This document shows, piece by piece, positions 52,981 through 62,121 of a DNA stretch of 64,000 nucleotides. The position numbers were made by a program, and so were the translations under genes. Source of the stretch: Candidatus Falkowbacteria bacterium (GTDB taxonomy: Bacteria > Patescibacteriota > Patescibacteriia > UBA11705); the NCBI GenBank assembly GCA_003518055.1, contig DOZJ01000006.1, forward strand, positions 201,631 through 265,630, given 5' to 3'. How positions within the stretch are numbered: position 1 is the first letter of the stretch; the number at the start of each line of letters is the position of its first letter. Under the pieces are notes generated by a model. It worked only from the letters and a program-made list of their open reading frames with translations. It had not been told where the DNA came from and made no database searches.

Positions 52981-53655
52981 ATGATCGAAAATAATGATTA
53001 CAATCAAGAGGATCGGTATGCTGACGAACTGCATGAACGGCGAGAAGAAAAAAGAGGCCGGATTCCAGAGCCACATGATCGGCCGGAGAAAAAGAAACGT
53101 TTGAGCTTGTCATGCGGCGTGTTATTGGCGGTTATATTGGGTTTATCTTTTTATTTAATTTATTTTGTTTGGTCACAGCTCAGTGGTCCGCTCAAGGATG
53201 AATGGGCTAAAAGAAAAGTTGATTGGGAAAAATTGCCGCAGACAATTGAACAATTAAAAATCGACGCACAGAAACAAGCGGAGGAAGGCAAAGAGGTTTT
53301 GGATCAGCCCAATAATTCAAATAACGACGGGGGCGAAATTGACAATACGTTGCCTCTTTGGATGTCCAAGATGATTTTGAATGATGATAATTACGCGCCC
53401 AGTGTCAGGTGTGATTATTTGGGCGAGAAATATTATATCGGGTTTAATCGGGAGGTCGATTGCCGTGATTGTTATACCGATCAAGTTTATAACAGAGATG
53501 GTGTGGCTTTTTGTTCGACCGGCGGAGGATTGAGCGGCCGCGGCGATGGGGGCTGTCCTGACTTCGATTCAATGGCGGGAAACTGTCAGATTTGGAATGG
53601 CGAGCGGTGGGAAAAGACGATTTGGAGCGGGGCAATGAAAAATAAGGTGCCGTGA
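52981..53655 (+). CDS. hypothetical membrane-anchored protein with a Cys-rich C-terminal domain
   Basis: 224 aa with a charged N-terminus, one TM helix and a C-terminal domain containing 8 Cys. Confidence 0.4.
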   Translation: MIENNDYNQEDRYADELHERREEKRGRIPEPHDRPEKKKRLSLSCGVLLAVILGLSFYLIYFVWSQLSGPLKDEWAKRKVDWEKLPQTIEQLKIDAQKQAEEGKEVLDQPNNSNNDGGEIDNTLPLWMSKMILNDDNYAPSVRCDYLGEKYYIGFNREVDCRDCYTDQVYNRDGVAFCSTGGGLSGRGDGGCPDFDSMAGNCQIWNGERWEKTIWSGAMKNKVP

Positions 53656-53718
53656 GATCAATTGAAGCCTGATGAAAATTTAATTTTCAATAATTTTAAA
53701 TTAGTTTGATGTTTATAT

Positions 53719-53749
53719 AGAAAAAATCGGGTTGTCCCGATTTTTTTTG
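53719..53749. terminator. bidirectional terminator (AATCGGGttgtCCCGATT flanked by an A-run and a T-run)
   Basis: Perfect 7-bp stem between convergent genes. Confidence 0.65.
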
Positions 53750-54358
53750 TTATAAATATTTTTTGATTTGATCACAGGCGATTTTGCGATGATTGATTTG
53801 GGCGTGTTCTTTTTCCGTCAGCGATGAATATGGTTTGGCAAATTCTTTAACTATGAACAAAGCTCTAAATGGGAAGCCGGGCGTGTATTCAGCAATAACG
53901 TGATCAGCGATTGATCCTTCGATTGATTCAGCAATAAATACGGGTTCTTGATTTGGTTTAATAAAGCATAGCGTCATGGTCAGTCGGGCGGTTCTTTTTT
54001 CATTTGGAACTTTTCGTAGTCGAAATAATGTATATTCAATAATTTCTTCGTCTGTCATTTCGACTTCTGGTAGTCCCTCAGCTCGGCTTTTCCAGCGGCG
54101 GCTATAAACTCCGGGTTCTCCGTTTAGGGCATCAATCTCAATCCCGCCATCATCAGCCAGGGTGGGTAAGCCGGTTAATGCAAAAAAGTGTCTGGCTTTG
54201 AGTTCGGCGTTGGCTCTGAAAGTTTGACCGGTTTCTTTGATATCAGCTTCAAGCCCCAATTCAGCTGGAGACACAATTTCATAACCGATATCAGCCATGA
54301 ATTTTTTAAAATCAGAGATTTTGGCTTGGTTGTTGGAAGCGATGAGTAGTCTTTTCAT
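53750..54358 (-). CDS. rdgB: non-canonical purine NTP pyrophosphatase (RdgB/Ham1/ITPase)
   Basis: 202 aa. LIASNNQAKISDFK…TGQTFRANAELKA…ADDGGIEIDALNGEPGVYSRR is a typical Ham1 pattern. Confidence 0.85.
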   Translation of the reverse strand: MKRLLIASNNQAKISDFKKFMADIGYEIVSPAELGLEADIKETGQTFRANAELKARHFFALTGLPTLADDGGIEIDALNGEPGVYSRRWKSRAEGLPEVEMTDEEIIEYTLFRLRKVPNEKRTARLTMTLCFIKPNQEPVFIAESIEGSIADHVIAEYTPGFPFRALFIVKEFAKPYSSLTEKEHAQINHRKIACDQIKKYL

Positions 54359-54484
54359 AGTTTTACAAAAATTTGTTAGTCGGTTACTGGTTTCTGATTT
54401 GTTTTTACAAAAGTATAACAGTAACTGCGAAAGTTTGGCTGCGTGTGATTGGTTTTTACTCGTCCTATGGCGGACAAAAATTTG

Positions 54485-55372
54485 TTAGTCAGCTACTGAT
54501 TTCAGATCTTTGTTTACTGTTAACTGTAATCTTTTGTGGGACAGAATATAAAACTTTTTATCGATTTCAAAACCAATATATTTTCGGTTCAGTTTTTTGG
54601 CCACGGCAGCCGTTGTTCCTGAGCCGAGAAATGGGTCAAGAATAATATCACCTGTATTTGATGATGCCATGATTAAACGTTCAATGAGTTTTTCCGGTTT
54701 TTGGGTTGGGTGTTCGGTATTTTCCGGCATGGACCAAAAGGGGACGATTAAATCTGTCCAAATGTTTGAGGGATGAGTATAGCGAAATTTTTGGCCGTTT
54801 TCTTCAAACCAGTCTTTGGGCCGGCCGAGCGAGTCGATATACGGTGCTTTGACCGCGCGTTTTTCTTTGACGGCGTCGAGATTGAAGGTGTACTCAGGAC
54901 TTTTGGTGGCAAACCAGATGTCTTCCATGTTGTTTTTCCAGTTGGATTTTGAACCGCGGCCTTTGTCGCGTTTCCAGGTAATACGGTTTTGGATAATCAA
55001 ATATTTTTCCAAGATGTTTTGAAACAAACATGAGCTGGGCCAGTCAATACATAGATACAAACTGCCGGTTGGTTTTAAAATTCGGCTTGATTGTTCAATC
55101 CAAGCCAGGTTCCAATTGTAGTATTCGTTTTTGCTCAAATTGACATTGCCGGCGCCAAAATTTTTACGCAGATTAAAATATGGTGGGTCGGCAATGATTA
55201 AATCAACGGATTCTGATGGAAGTTTTTTTAGCGCGATGATGGAATTTTCCAGATAAATTTTATTTTGGAGAGTCGTTATGTTTTTAATTTCATCAGGTAA
55301 ACGCAAAAAATGACTGAAAGATTTCAGGTCAAGATCAGAAACTGATAAGGTTTTATTTCTTGATGACGGCAT
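54485..55372 (-). CDS. DNA methyltransferase (N6-adenine/N4-cytosine, beta class; orphan in this window)
   Basis: 295 aa with motif IV IIADPPYFNL preceding motif I ILDPFLGSGTTAAVA (PF01555-like order). No adjacent restriction endonuclease is recognisable. Confidence 0.8.
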   Translation of the reverse strand: MPSSRNKTLSVSDLDLKSFSHFLRLPDEIKNITTLQNKIYLENSIIALKKLPSESVDLIIADPPYFNLRKNFGAGNVNLSKNEYYNWNLAWIEQSSRILKPTGSLYLCIDWPSSCLFQNILEKYLIIQNRITWKRDKGRGSKSNWKNNMEDIWFATKSPEYTFNLDAVKEKRAVKAPYIDSLGRPKDWFEENGQKFRYTHPSNIWTDLIVPFWSMPENTEHPTQKPEKLIERLIMASSNTGDIILDPFLGSGTTAAVAKKLNRKYIGFEIDKKFYILSHKRLQLTVNKDLKSVAD

Positions 55373-55439
55373 TAGAATGTAGGTAACGGTTTCAAATCAT
55401 CGCGTGTGATATAAAATAGTATAGCAGATGAATTGATTT

Positions 55440-55684
55440 TTAAAAGGTTATTTAAAATATTAAACCGCCGGGCGCTTGCGCTCGGCGGTGTCGAACTGGT
55501 TTGAATTGTAGGCTCTTGCGGCCCCATAACCGTTGAAAGAGCGGATCTCTTCGGCTCGGGGTGGTTGGCTCGCAAGGGGCAGTTTGCCCGCGCCCATGAT
55601 CACTGCTCCATTCCTTGTTTCGGGTCATTTCACGTATCGTGAATCTCCTAGAGCTGCGCCGTTGCAGCTCATATGGGCATATAT
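55440..55684 (-). promoter_or_regulatory. GC-rich (~63%) structured leader/small-RNA-like segment between shared promoter copy C and the methyltransferase gene
   Basis: Contains perfect hairpins GAGCTGCaacggcGCAGCTC and TTCACGataCGTGAA, and ends in CCGCCGagcgcaagcgccCGGCGG plus TTTAATATTTT, which is terminator-like. It could encode a 45-aa peptide (MGAGKLPLASQ…) instead. Confidence 0.35.
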
Positions 55685-55716
55685 ATTATATCATGTTTGT
55701 ATAAAAAGTCAATAGG
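55685..55716 (-). promoter_or_regulatory. shared promoter module, copy C (TTGACTTTTTATACAAACATGATATAAT)
   Basis: Near-identical to copies A and B. Oriented toward the GC-rich leader and the methyltransferase. Confidence 0.7.
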
Positions 55717-55837
55717 AATTACAATTATTATGAAAAAAAGGCTAAAATATGTGTGTCTGTACGCTTTTGAGATTCAAATTGTTGACATGTTTGATAAATT
55801 GTGATAATATTTAAAGTCTCAAACAAGGAGGAGACAC

Positions 55838-56578
55838 ATGGAACACATGGATCGGTTGCGAGCGTTTGAAAATGGATTAACGCGATTTTTCCATGGTGTT
55901 TCAAATTTGAGGGCGAGTGTCTCAGCGCAGAGTTTTACTTTTAACATGAAAAAGCCTAACGGCTGTTTGGTATTGCAATATAATCAGCGTTTGGTTGATT
56001 ATTTGCTTGAGCAGTTTGGCACCGCCAAGATGTTGATTTCAATTTCAAGCGTCAGTAGTGTTGGTCTAGTGGGATTGAGCTCACAAGTATTTCCAATGCG
56101 TGATAATTGCGGAATTATGGGGCAGGTTGAACTTCGGGATGCAGACGTGTCGCAAATTTTGGGCACAGAGTTGCCGCCGGCTAGGAATCTGAAGCTGATT
56201 GAGATTTATGAAAGACTCGCATCAGTCGAACATGTTTTCGCGACTGCCACACTGGATTTGGCTAGAGCAAAGGATTCCACGCGGGTAGCGAGTGGATGGA
56301 GAGCCTCGGAAATTAATCAGGAACTGAACGTGGTGTTGTGTCCTGAGCTCTTGGAGTCAGTCCGTCAATTCGGGTATTCCAGGTTGGAGCTGGAATTTGA
56401 TCCAAGCGTTGAGCGTACTGATGCCGATCCTATGTGGGCAGATTATAATTTCTGGGTTAAGTATCAATACGTGGCGTTGCATAAATTAAAAGTAGGTAAA
56501 TCACCTTCTTTTTTATTGGTAATATTGACAAATGCTATTATGCAATGTACAGTGATACATTCAAATCTGTTTTGTTGA
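55838..56578 (+). CDS. hypothetical protein (246 aa)
   Basis: TTGACA-N17-TAATAT promoter and an AAGGAGG RBS. GC ~48%. Confidence 0.45.
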   Translation: MEHMDRLRAFENGLTRFFHGVSNLRASVSAQSFTFNMKKPNGCLVLQYNQRLVDYLLEQFGTAKMLISISSVSSVGLVGLSSQVFPMRDNCGIMGQVELRDADVSQILGTELPPARNLKLIEIYERLASVEHVFATATLDLARAKDSTRVASGWRASEINQELNVVLCPELLESVRQFGYSRLELEFDPSVERTDADPMWADYNFWVKYQYVALHKLKVGKSPSFLLVILTNAIMQCTVIHSNLFC

Positions 56579-56601
56579 ACTAACCACCAAGGAGGGGATA
56601 G

Positions 56602-57048
56602 GTGGCAGCTAAAAAGATCGAAACATTTGAAGAATTGTGTTCTTTGCCAATTGGTACTCTGATTTTGAATATGAGAATCAACTCTATATTTCATCCGGCG
56701 AGTACAAAGCCGTGTGTCGGGGTAACGATGATTGTGGATCAGGCAAGATATGATCGCGTTTCGAATAAAGGCGGTGGGTATGTGTTTACAGGTATTGCCG
56801 ATAAAAAGTTTTTCAGAGCGTTGTATTTATCAGATGAGGCGCAAAAAGAAATGGCGGATGATATTAACGCGGAAACTTTTAGTGAATGTGAATTGTATGT
56901 ATTGGGTCCTGAAGCTTTGGCGGATTTTTGGCTTCATTATTGTCAGCAGGCGGAAGATTTTATTGAAATGCAAAGTCGTGTAAGCGAAAAAGTCAAGCAG
57001 GCGAAATATACCACGTTTCAGAGATTGCGTGAAAGATCCGGATCATAA
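56602..57048 (+). CDS. hypothetical protein (148 aa)
   Basis: AAGGAGGGG RBS. Co-oriented with, and immediately after, 55838-56578. Confidence 0.45.
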   Translation: MAAKKIETFEELCSLPIGTLILNMRINSIFHPASTKPCVGVTMIVDQARYDRVSNKGGGYVFTGIADKKFFRALYLSDEAQKEMADDINAETFSECELYVLGPEALADFWLHYCQQAEDFIEMQSRVSEKVKQAKYTTFQRLRERSGS

Positions 57049-57139
57049 ATTCGGTCAAAAAAGGTCAGTTACATAGAGTCTAACAAGGCTCTTTTATGTT
57101 TTTATAATCAAAAAATGCTGGTGTTACAGCATTTAATAA

Positions 57140-57361
57140 TCAGCCGCGGCGTTTTTGATTGTGCCGGATGGCTTTCGAATCACCATGTCTTTTCCCGTAA
57201 AAGCGTTTGGCTCGGCCCTTGTGACCATCAGAGTCTCGGCTCGCAGGCAGCGGAAGCACCGAGTGTGGTTCGCTTCGCAAATGAGTAAATAGAAAGCTTG
57301 GAAGACGCTTGATCTTGTCAATGGTTCGACGGAAGAAATGGGCAAGGCTTGCTCGAATCAT
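57140..57361 (-). CDS. small basic protein, hypothetical (73 aa)
   Basis: A GGAGG RBS 6 nt upstream, 12 nt after the stop of 57374-57892. Terminator hairpin at 57114-57133. Confidence 0.35.
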   Translation of the reverse strand: MIRASLAHFFRRTIDKIKRLPSFLFTHLRSEPHSVLPLPASRDSDGHKGRAKRFYGKRHGDSKAIRHNQKRRG

Positions 57362-57373
57362 CGGCCGCCTCCA

Positions 57374-57892
57374 TTACCATGTTTTGTTGGCCGCGATTTT
57401 TTCGGCGAATCTGGGATGATTCTTGTCATACCCCAGACAGTTAATTACCCATTGCTCCAGCAGAAAATCAACTTGAAGGCGATCGACAACGGCTTTGAGC
57501 GTATCCGTGTGCCGTTCGAAATTAAAGTGCAGTCCAGCCTTCAAGTGAGGCTCAAGAAATTCGCGATAACAGGCGGTCAATTTGCAGAACCAACTGATGA
57601 TAAGGTTAGTATCGATGGTGACGTTGACCGGTTTGGTTTTCGGCCAGTGGCTTTCAATATGCCGGTTCATTCCCACAATTCCGAATTCAACCAAGCGATC
57701 CATCAAGTCGTAAAGAAAATGATTAGGCGTCAGATCTGGGAAATTGGCCACGAGACTTTGCAGTCTTTTCTGGATGTCTGTCCACGTGAAAATAACGAGA
57801 GGCCTTTCACCTTCAAGTTCAGATCGGTGGTTTTCCAGAAGCGCGGAGAAATCTTCGGCGGCGATAATAAAGTCGCGCGGGAGTGGCTTCAT
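57374..57892 (-). CDS. hypothetical protein (172 aa)
   Basis: AGGAG RBS. Part of a minus-strand operon running 59241 to 57140. Confidence 0.45.
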   Translation of the reverse strand: MKPLPRDFIIAAEDFSALLENHRSELEGERPLVIFTWTDIQKRLQSLVANFPDLTPNHFLYDLMDRLVEFGIVGMNRHIESHWPKTKPVNVTIDTNLIISWFCKLTACYREFLEPHLKAGLHFNFERHTDTLKAVVDRLQVDFLLEQWVINCLGYDKNHPRFAEKIAANKTW

Positions 57893-57918
57893 GATGTGTT
57901 CTCCTAGCTGTCGGGGTG

Positions 57919-58431
57919 TTAATTGTGAATAAATGTATGAATTTTTTTTACCGTATCAAGCCGGTTCAGCTTACACTTGGCAATATAAATCAAAACATTT
58001 AACACGTCTAGCCAGAGCCAGCTGATCAGCCAAAAGGTAATGATAAGGTTTCGAAATTGTTCCGTTGAATCCGGTGCGCCACGAGTCATAGCCGGCGCCA
58101 GATAAAGCGCTATCAGGACGATAATGAAAGATATAATGCTTACTAATTCTGCAATCGGCGGGTTATTCAGTTTCGTGACCATGAATATTTTGACCACAGC
58201 GGAAAAACTCATGAAATTTGCCAGCGCCCAGCTAGCGATCAATACTTCAGTTGAAAATTGAGACGGGTTATATTTTGGTTCGTATTCAACCATATAAAGG
58301 AAGAGCATACCAATCGTACCAATTATGAGCATGTATATACCGGTGGTGCGTTTGTAGGTGTCAAGTTTCAGGAGAAATAAACCAAGAGCATTTAACAGCT
58401 CGTTGAGGCTGCGTCGAAGCGTGGTCAGCAT
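57919..58431 (-). CDS. hypothetical membrane protein (170 aa, ~4 TM helices)
   Basis: ORF with multiple hydrophobic helices, in an operon with the flanking hypothetical genes. Confidence 0.45.
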   Translation of the reverse strand: MLTTLRRSLNELLNALGLFLLKLDTYKRTTGIYMLIIGTIGMLFLYMVEYEPKYNPSQFSTEVLIASWALANFMSFSAVVKIFMVTKLNNPPIAELVSIISFIIVLIALYLAPAMTRGAPDSTEQFRNLIITFWLISWLWLDVLNVLIYIAKCKLNRLDTVKKIHTFIHN

Positions 58432-58494
58432 GTGATGGTCTCCTTTGTCGGTGAAGTTAAAATTTGACTCGCATTCAGTTCAGCTAGGCGGGAT

Positions 58495-58755
58495 CTATTT
58501 TGTCAGACCAAACGCTTTGGCCAGTTCCTCCGCTTTGTCTCTGACAGCAGCATGAAACGCCAAACAATCTTCTTGATAGCTGGAATCAGGATCACAATAG
58601 TCAAGATCAATTCCGAGTGATCGGACTTGAATCGCGACGCAATCATCATCACCGAGAAGAATCTCATATTTCGTTTCCCAATCAGCGGTTGATTCCATAA
58701 TATTCGCAGTGGTGATGGCGAGTTCAAGAAAGGAGATCAATTTTTTTTCGGTCAT
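58495..58755 (-). CDS. hypothetical acidic protein (86 aa)
   Basis: ORF only, in the operon. Confidence 0.35.
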   Translation of the reverse strand: MTEKKLISFLELAITTANIMESTADWETKYEILLGDDDCVAIQVRSLGIDLDYCDPDSSYQEDCLAFHAAVRDKAEELAKAFGLTK

Positions 58756-58815
58756 TGATTCCTCACTTCGGCCGTTGAAGTTGTTGCGAATAGTTGTCAG
58801 CAGGTGAATGCCGCT

Positions 58816-59241
58816 TTAGACTTTGGTGTTAAGAACTTGAACCAGATCTCGATAATTCACCTGAACCAACACCGTCTCACCCTCATAATCAAACCGGCAA
58901 CATCCGGTAAGATCGATAATGTTTTCAATTTTTGATCGCTCAAAAACAGTTAGAAATCGACTCACGTAATAATCCGGCGAGTTGAAGTACTGGCGCAGCG
59001 CGACGAAGTCAGGATTGGCCACCAGCCATAGACAAAGGTCAGCCGGAGTTTCGGTGAATGATTGATTTACTCGTTGGTTATTGGGGTCAAATTCATCATC
59101 CATAATATACGGTCCGGTATGCTCAATGGTAGTATTTCCGGCGGCATCTTCGGAGATATTTTTGATATCATCAACAGCAAAAAGCCATGGGAGTTCTTCG
59201 CCTTGGCCGGCATAGATTTCCAGAATGATTTTGTGGCTCAT
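58816..59241 (-). CDS. hypothetical protein (141 aa)
   Basis: First gene of the minus-strand operon, divergent from rsmI. Confidence 0.4.
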   Translation of the reverse strand: MSHKIILEIYAGQGEELPWLFAVDDIKNISEDAAGNTTIEHTGPYIMDDEFDPNNQRVNQSFTETPADLCLWLVANPDFVALRQYFNSPDYYVSRFLTVFERSKIENIIDLTGCCRFDYEGETVLVQVNYRDLVQVLNTKV

Positions 59242-59359
59242 TGTTTGCTCCTGTATGTGGGACGAGTCGAACGCTGAATATTATCATAAAACTAATTATT
59301 TGTCAATGGGTTGTGACTTTACTGATAGTTGCGAAATGATTCAACTTCTGGTATAGTTT

Positions 59360-60040
59360 TTGTATATGAATAAGGGAAATTTATACATCGTAGCCACACC
59401 GATTGGAAATCTCGGGGATATGACGTTTAGAGCGGTGGAGATATTGAAATCGGTCGAGATTATCTGGTGTGAAGATACGCGTGAAACCGCAAAGTTGCTC
59501 GCTCATTTTGATATTAAGAAAAAAACGACTGGTTTGCACCAGCATTCCGATGACAGCAAGATTATTAAAATGATCGAACAATATTTGGGCGAGGGGCAGG
59601 ACGTGGCTTATGTCAGTGATGCCGGTACCCCTGGAATATCGGATCCGGGCGGCAAGGTAGCGCAGCTGGCGATTGAAAGGGGAGTGAATATAATTCCGAT
59701 CCCTGGTGCCAGCGCGGTGACGGCGATTCTGAGTGTGTCGGGGTTCCCAACCGATAAATTTTTGTTTCTCGGCTTCATGCCGCACAAAGGCAAGGGTAAA
59801 TATTTTGATCAAATCAATGAATCAAAAATTACGACCGTTTTTTATGAATCACCTCACCGAATAATCAAAACATTAGAGCAGATGTTGGCGGTTGTAGAGT
59901 CTGAAAGAGAAGTCGTAGTTGGCCGCGAGTTAACAAAAATGTTTGAGACGATTTATCGCGGAAAATTGTCAGAAGTGATTGAAACGGTTAAGGAAAAGGT
60001 AAAGGGTGAGTTCGTGGTCGTGGTTAGGGGGAATCAATAA
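59360..60040 (+). CDS. rsmI: 16S rRNA (cytidine1402-2'-O)-methyltransferase RsmI
   Basis: 226 aa tetrapyrrole-methylase-fold protein. LYIVATPIGNLGDMTFRAVEILKSVEIIWCEDTR is the RsmI N-terminal signature. Confidence 0.85.
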   Translation: MYMNKGNLYIVATPIGNLGDMTFRAVEILKSVEIIWCEDTRETAKLLAHFDIKKKTTGLHQHSDDSKIIKMIEQYLGEGQDVAYVSDAGTPGISDPGGKVAQLAIERGVNIIPIPGASAVTAILSVSGFPTDKFLFLGFMPHKGKGKYFDQINESKITTVFYESPHRIIKTLEQMLAVVESEREVVVGRELTKMFETIYRGKLSEVIETVKEKVKGEFVVVVRGNQ

Positions 60041-60140
60041 TGTGATACAAAAGACACAAAACGTTACAAAAGGTTACAAAAATAAAAAATTGTGATACAA
60101 AAGTTACGAAAGGTTACAAGGGGTTACAAAAATAAAAATT
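60041..60140 (+). repeat. R4 tandem repeat (2 x ~49 bp, rich in GTTACAAAAGGTTACAAAA) upstream of the GxxExxY gene
   Basis: TGTGATACAAAAG…GTTACAAAAGGTTACAAAAATAAAAAAT x2. An inverted partner lies at 60532-60568, and related in-frame copies lie inside tgt at 4441-4470 and 4791-4830. Confidence 0.75.
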
Positions 60141-60515
60141 ATGGTCACTGTGTATTATAAGGATTTGAGTTATGAATTGAATGGTTTAGCATTTGAAATG
60201 TTTAAGTATCATGGCTACGGACAAAGAGAAAAAACATATTGTGATTATTATTGCTCATTGTTAGATGAGAAAAATTTGAAGTATAAAAGGGAAAGATATA
60301 TCCCTGCACTTTGTCACAATGAAAAAATATTAAAACGCTACGCAGATATTATTGTTGAAGATTTGGTGGTGATTGAAATGAAAGTGGGTAAGCGTCTTCG
60401 AAAAGTAAGTTTTGATCAAACTTTAGAGTATCTGAAATTATTAGATAAAAAATTGGGATTATTAATTTGGATTTCTCCCAATGGGGCTCAAGTTTATAGA
60501 GTTCTGAATGGTTAA
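60141..60515 (+). CDS. GxxExxY family protein (PDDEXK_3 nuclease-fold family)
   Basis: 124 aa. LNGLAFEMFKYHGYGQREKTYCDYY matches the GxxExxY motif region of PF13366. Flanked by inverted R4 repeats. Confidence 0.65.
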   Translation: MVTVYYKDLSYELNGLAFEMFKYHGYGQREKTYCDYYCSLLDEKNLKYKRERYIPALCHNEKILKRYADIIVEDLVVIEMKVGKRLRKVSFDQTLEYLKLLDKKLGLLIWISPNGAQVYRVLNG

Positions 60516-60531
60516 ATAAATATTATTTGAA

Positions 60532-60568
60532 TTTTGTAAGGTTTTGTATTGTTTTGTAATTTTGTAAC
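60532..60568 (-). repeat. R4 inverted copy downstream of the GxxExxY gene
   Basis: TTTTGTAAGGTTTTGTATTGTTTTGTAATTTTGTAAC, the reverse complement of GTTACAAAATTACAAAACAATACAAAACCTTACAAAA. Confidence 0.7.
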
Positions 60569-60576
60569 AAATATAT

Positions 60577-62103
60577 ATGCAAAAATTTTATATTACCACT
60601 CCAATTTATTACGTGAATGACAAGCCGCACCTCGGACACGCGTACACGACAATCGCAGGCGATGTTTTAGCGCGGTATTACCGGCAAAAACTCGGTCCGG
60701 ATAATGTTTGGTTTCTGACCGGCACCGATGAACACGGCGTCAAAGTGTCACAGACAGCGGAAAAGTTTGATAAAACACCGCAGGCATACGCGGATGAAAT
60801 TTCTGCGAAGTTTCAGTTTGCTTGGGATCAGTTGAATATTTCCTATAACGATTTCATCCGTACCACTCAGACGCGGCATGAGGAGAACGTTGAATTTTTT
60901 GTCAGCAAATTAAAAGAAGCGGTTGGTCCCGATGGTCAGTCGGTAATTTATAAAGGAACATACGAAGGTTTGTATTGCTACGGCTGCGAGGCGTATAAGA
61001 CTGAAAACGATTTGGTCGATGGCAAGTGTTTGGATCACCCGAATATTGAGCCGGCGTATCTAAAGGAAGAAAATTGGTTTTTTCGATTGTCCGCTTTTGC
61101 CGATCATATAAAAGAGGTGATTGAGCGTGGTGATTTTATTGTTGCGCCGGAATCGCGCAAGAATGAGGTACTGCGATTTATCACTGATGGGCTCGACGAT
61201 ATAGCTATCAGCCGCGCCAATGTTGATTGGGGGATAAAAGTGCCGTTTGATCAGGATCAAACCATATACGTTTGGGTTGACGCGCTTTTGAATTATATTT
61301 CCGCGTTGGGGTACAAAGACAATGACGAAAAATTTAAAACTTTTTGGCCGGCCAATGTGCAGCTTTTGGCCAAAGATATTTTGAAGTTTCACGCGATAAT
61401 TTGGCCGGCGATACTAATGGCTGGCGGGCTGGACTTGCCCCGCGTTTGTTTTGCTCATGGTTTTTTTACTGTTGACGGCCAGAAAATGAGCAAGACGATT
61501 GGCAACGTGATCGATCCGAATAATTTGGTGGCTGAATTCGGTTCGGACGGCGCTCGGTATCTGATTTTATCTCAATATCCTTTTGGTAATGACGGTGATA
61601 TCAAAGCCGATGATTTTGTGATTAAATACAACGCTGATTTGGCCAATGGCATCGGTAATTTGGTCAGCCGCGTTCTTGGAATGATAGAAAAATATTTTGG
61701 CGGATTGGTGCCCCAGGGCAAATATGGAGCTGAATACAATTTAAAAGATTTTTGGGGCAACCTTGATCAGGGATATGCGGATTTGAAATTGTATGAAAAT
61801 TTGAAGTCAATGATTGATTTGGTTTCTTGGTGTGATAATTACATTGATCAAACAAAACCGTGGGAGCTCGCGAAAAATGATCAAGACAAATTGGAAAAAG
61901 TATTATATAATCTAATTGAAATTGTTCGACATTTATCAATCGCGGTTTATCCGTATTTACCGGAAACAGCGGAAGCGATTTGGGATAAACTGAATATTTC
62001 ACAGGTGATGGTGGAAACAAAATTTGAGGATTTACAAAAAATCGGTTTAATGGAACCGGGGTTGAAAGTGACGAAGGGTGATGCGTTGTTTGCGCGAAAA
62101 TAA
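60577..62103 (+). CDS. metG: methionyl-tRNA synthetase (short form)
   Basis: 508 aa with PHLGHAYTTIAGD (HIGH-type) and KMSKT motifs and a zinc-knuckle CxxC…C region. Confidence 0.9.
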   Translation: MQKFYITTPIYYVNDKPHLGHAYTTIAGDVLARYYRQKLGPDNVWFLTGTDEHGVKVSQTAEKFDKTPQAYADEISAKFQFAWDQLNISYNDFIRTTQTRHEENVEFFVSKLKEAVGPDGQSVIYKGTYEGLYCYGCEAYKTENDLVDGKCLDHPNIEPAYLKEENWFFRLSAFADHIKEVIERGDFIVAPESRKNEVLRFITDGLDDIAISRANVDWGIKVPFDQDQTIYVWVDALLNYISALGYKDNDEKFKTFWPANVQLLAKDILKFHAIIWPAILMAGGLDLPRVCFAHGFFTVDGQKMSKTIGNVIDPNNLVAEFGSDGARYLILSQYPFGNDGDIKADDFVIKYNADLANGIGNLVSRVLGMIEKYFGGLVPQGKYGAEYNLKDFWGNLDQGYADLKLYENLKSMIDLVSWCDNYIDQTKPWELAKNDQDKLEKVLYNLIEIVRHLSIAVYPYLPETAEAIWDKLNISQVMVETKFEDLQKIGLMEPGLKVTKGDALFARK

Positions 62104-62121
62104 AAATAGAAAAAATAAAAT

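Noticed and set aside
54297-54645. Two plus-strand ORFs spanning the 41-bp direct repeats near the MTase 3' end
   Set aside because: Their similarity comes only from the shared DNA repeat. They have no translation signals and overlap the rdgB and MTase genes on the opposite strand.
55372-55575. 67-aa minus-strand ORF listed in the MTase leader
   Set aside because: It starts at a TTG codon in a frame that reads through the AT-rich promoter region of the MTase. An alternative 45-aa ATG-initiated frame or a non-coding leader is more plausible (see features).
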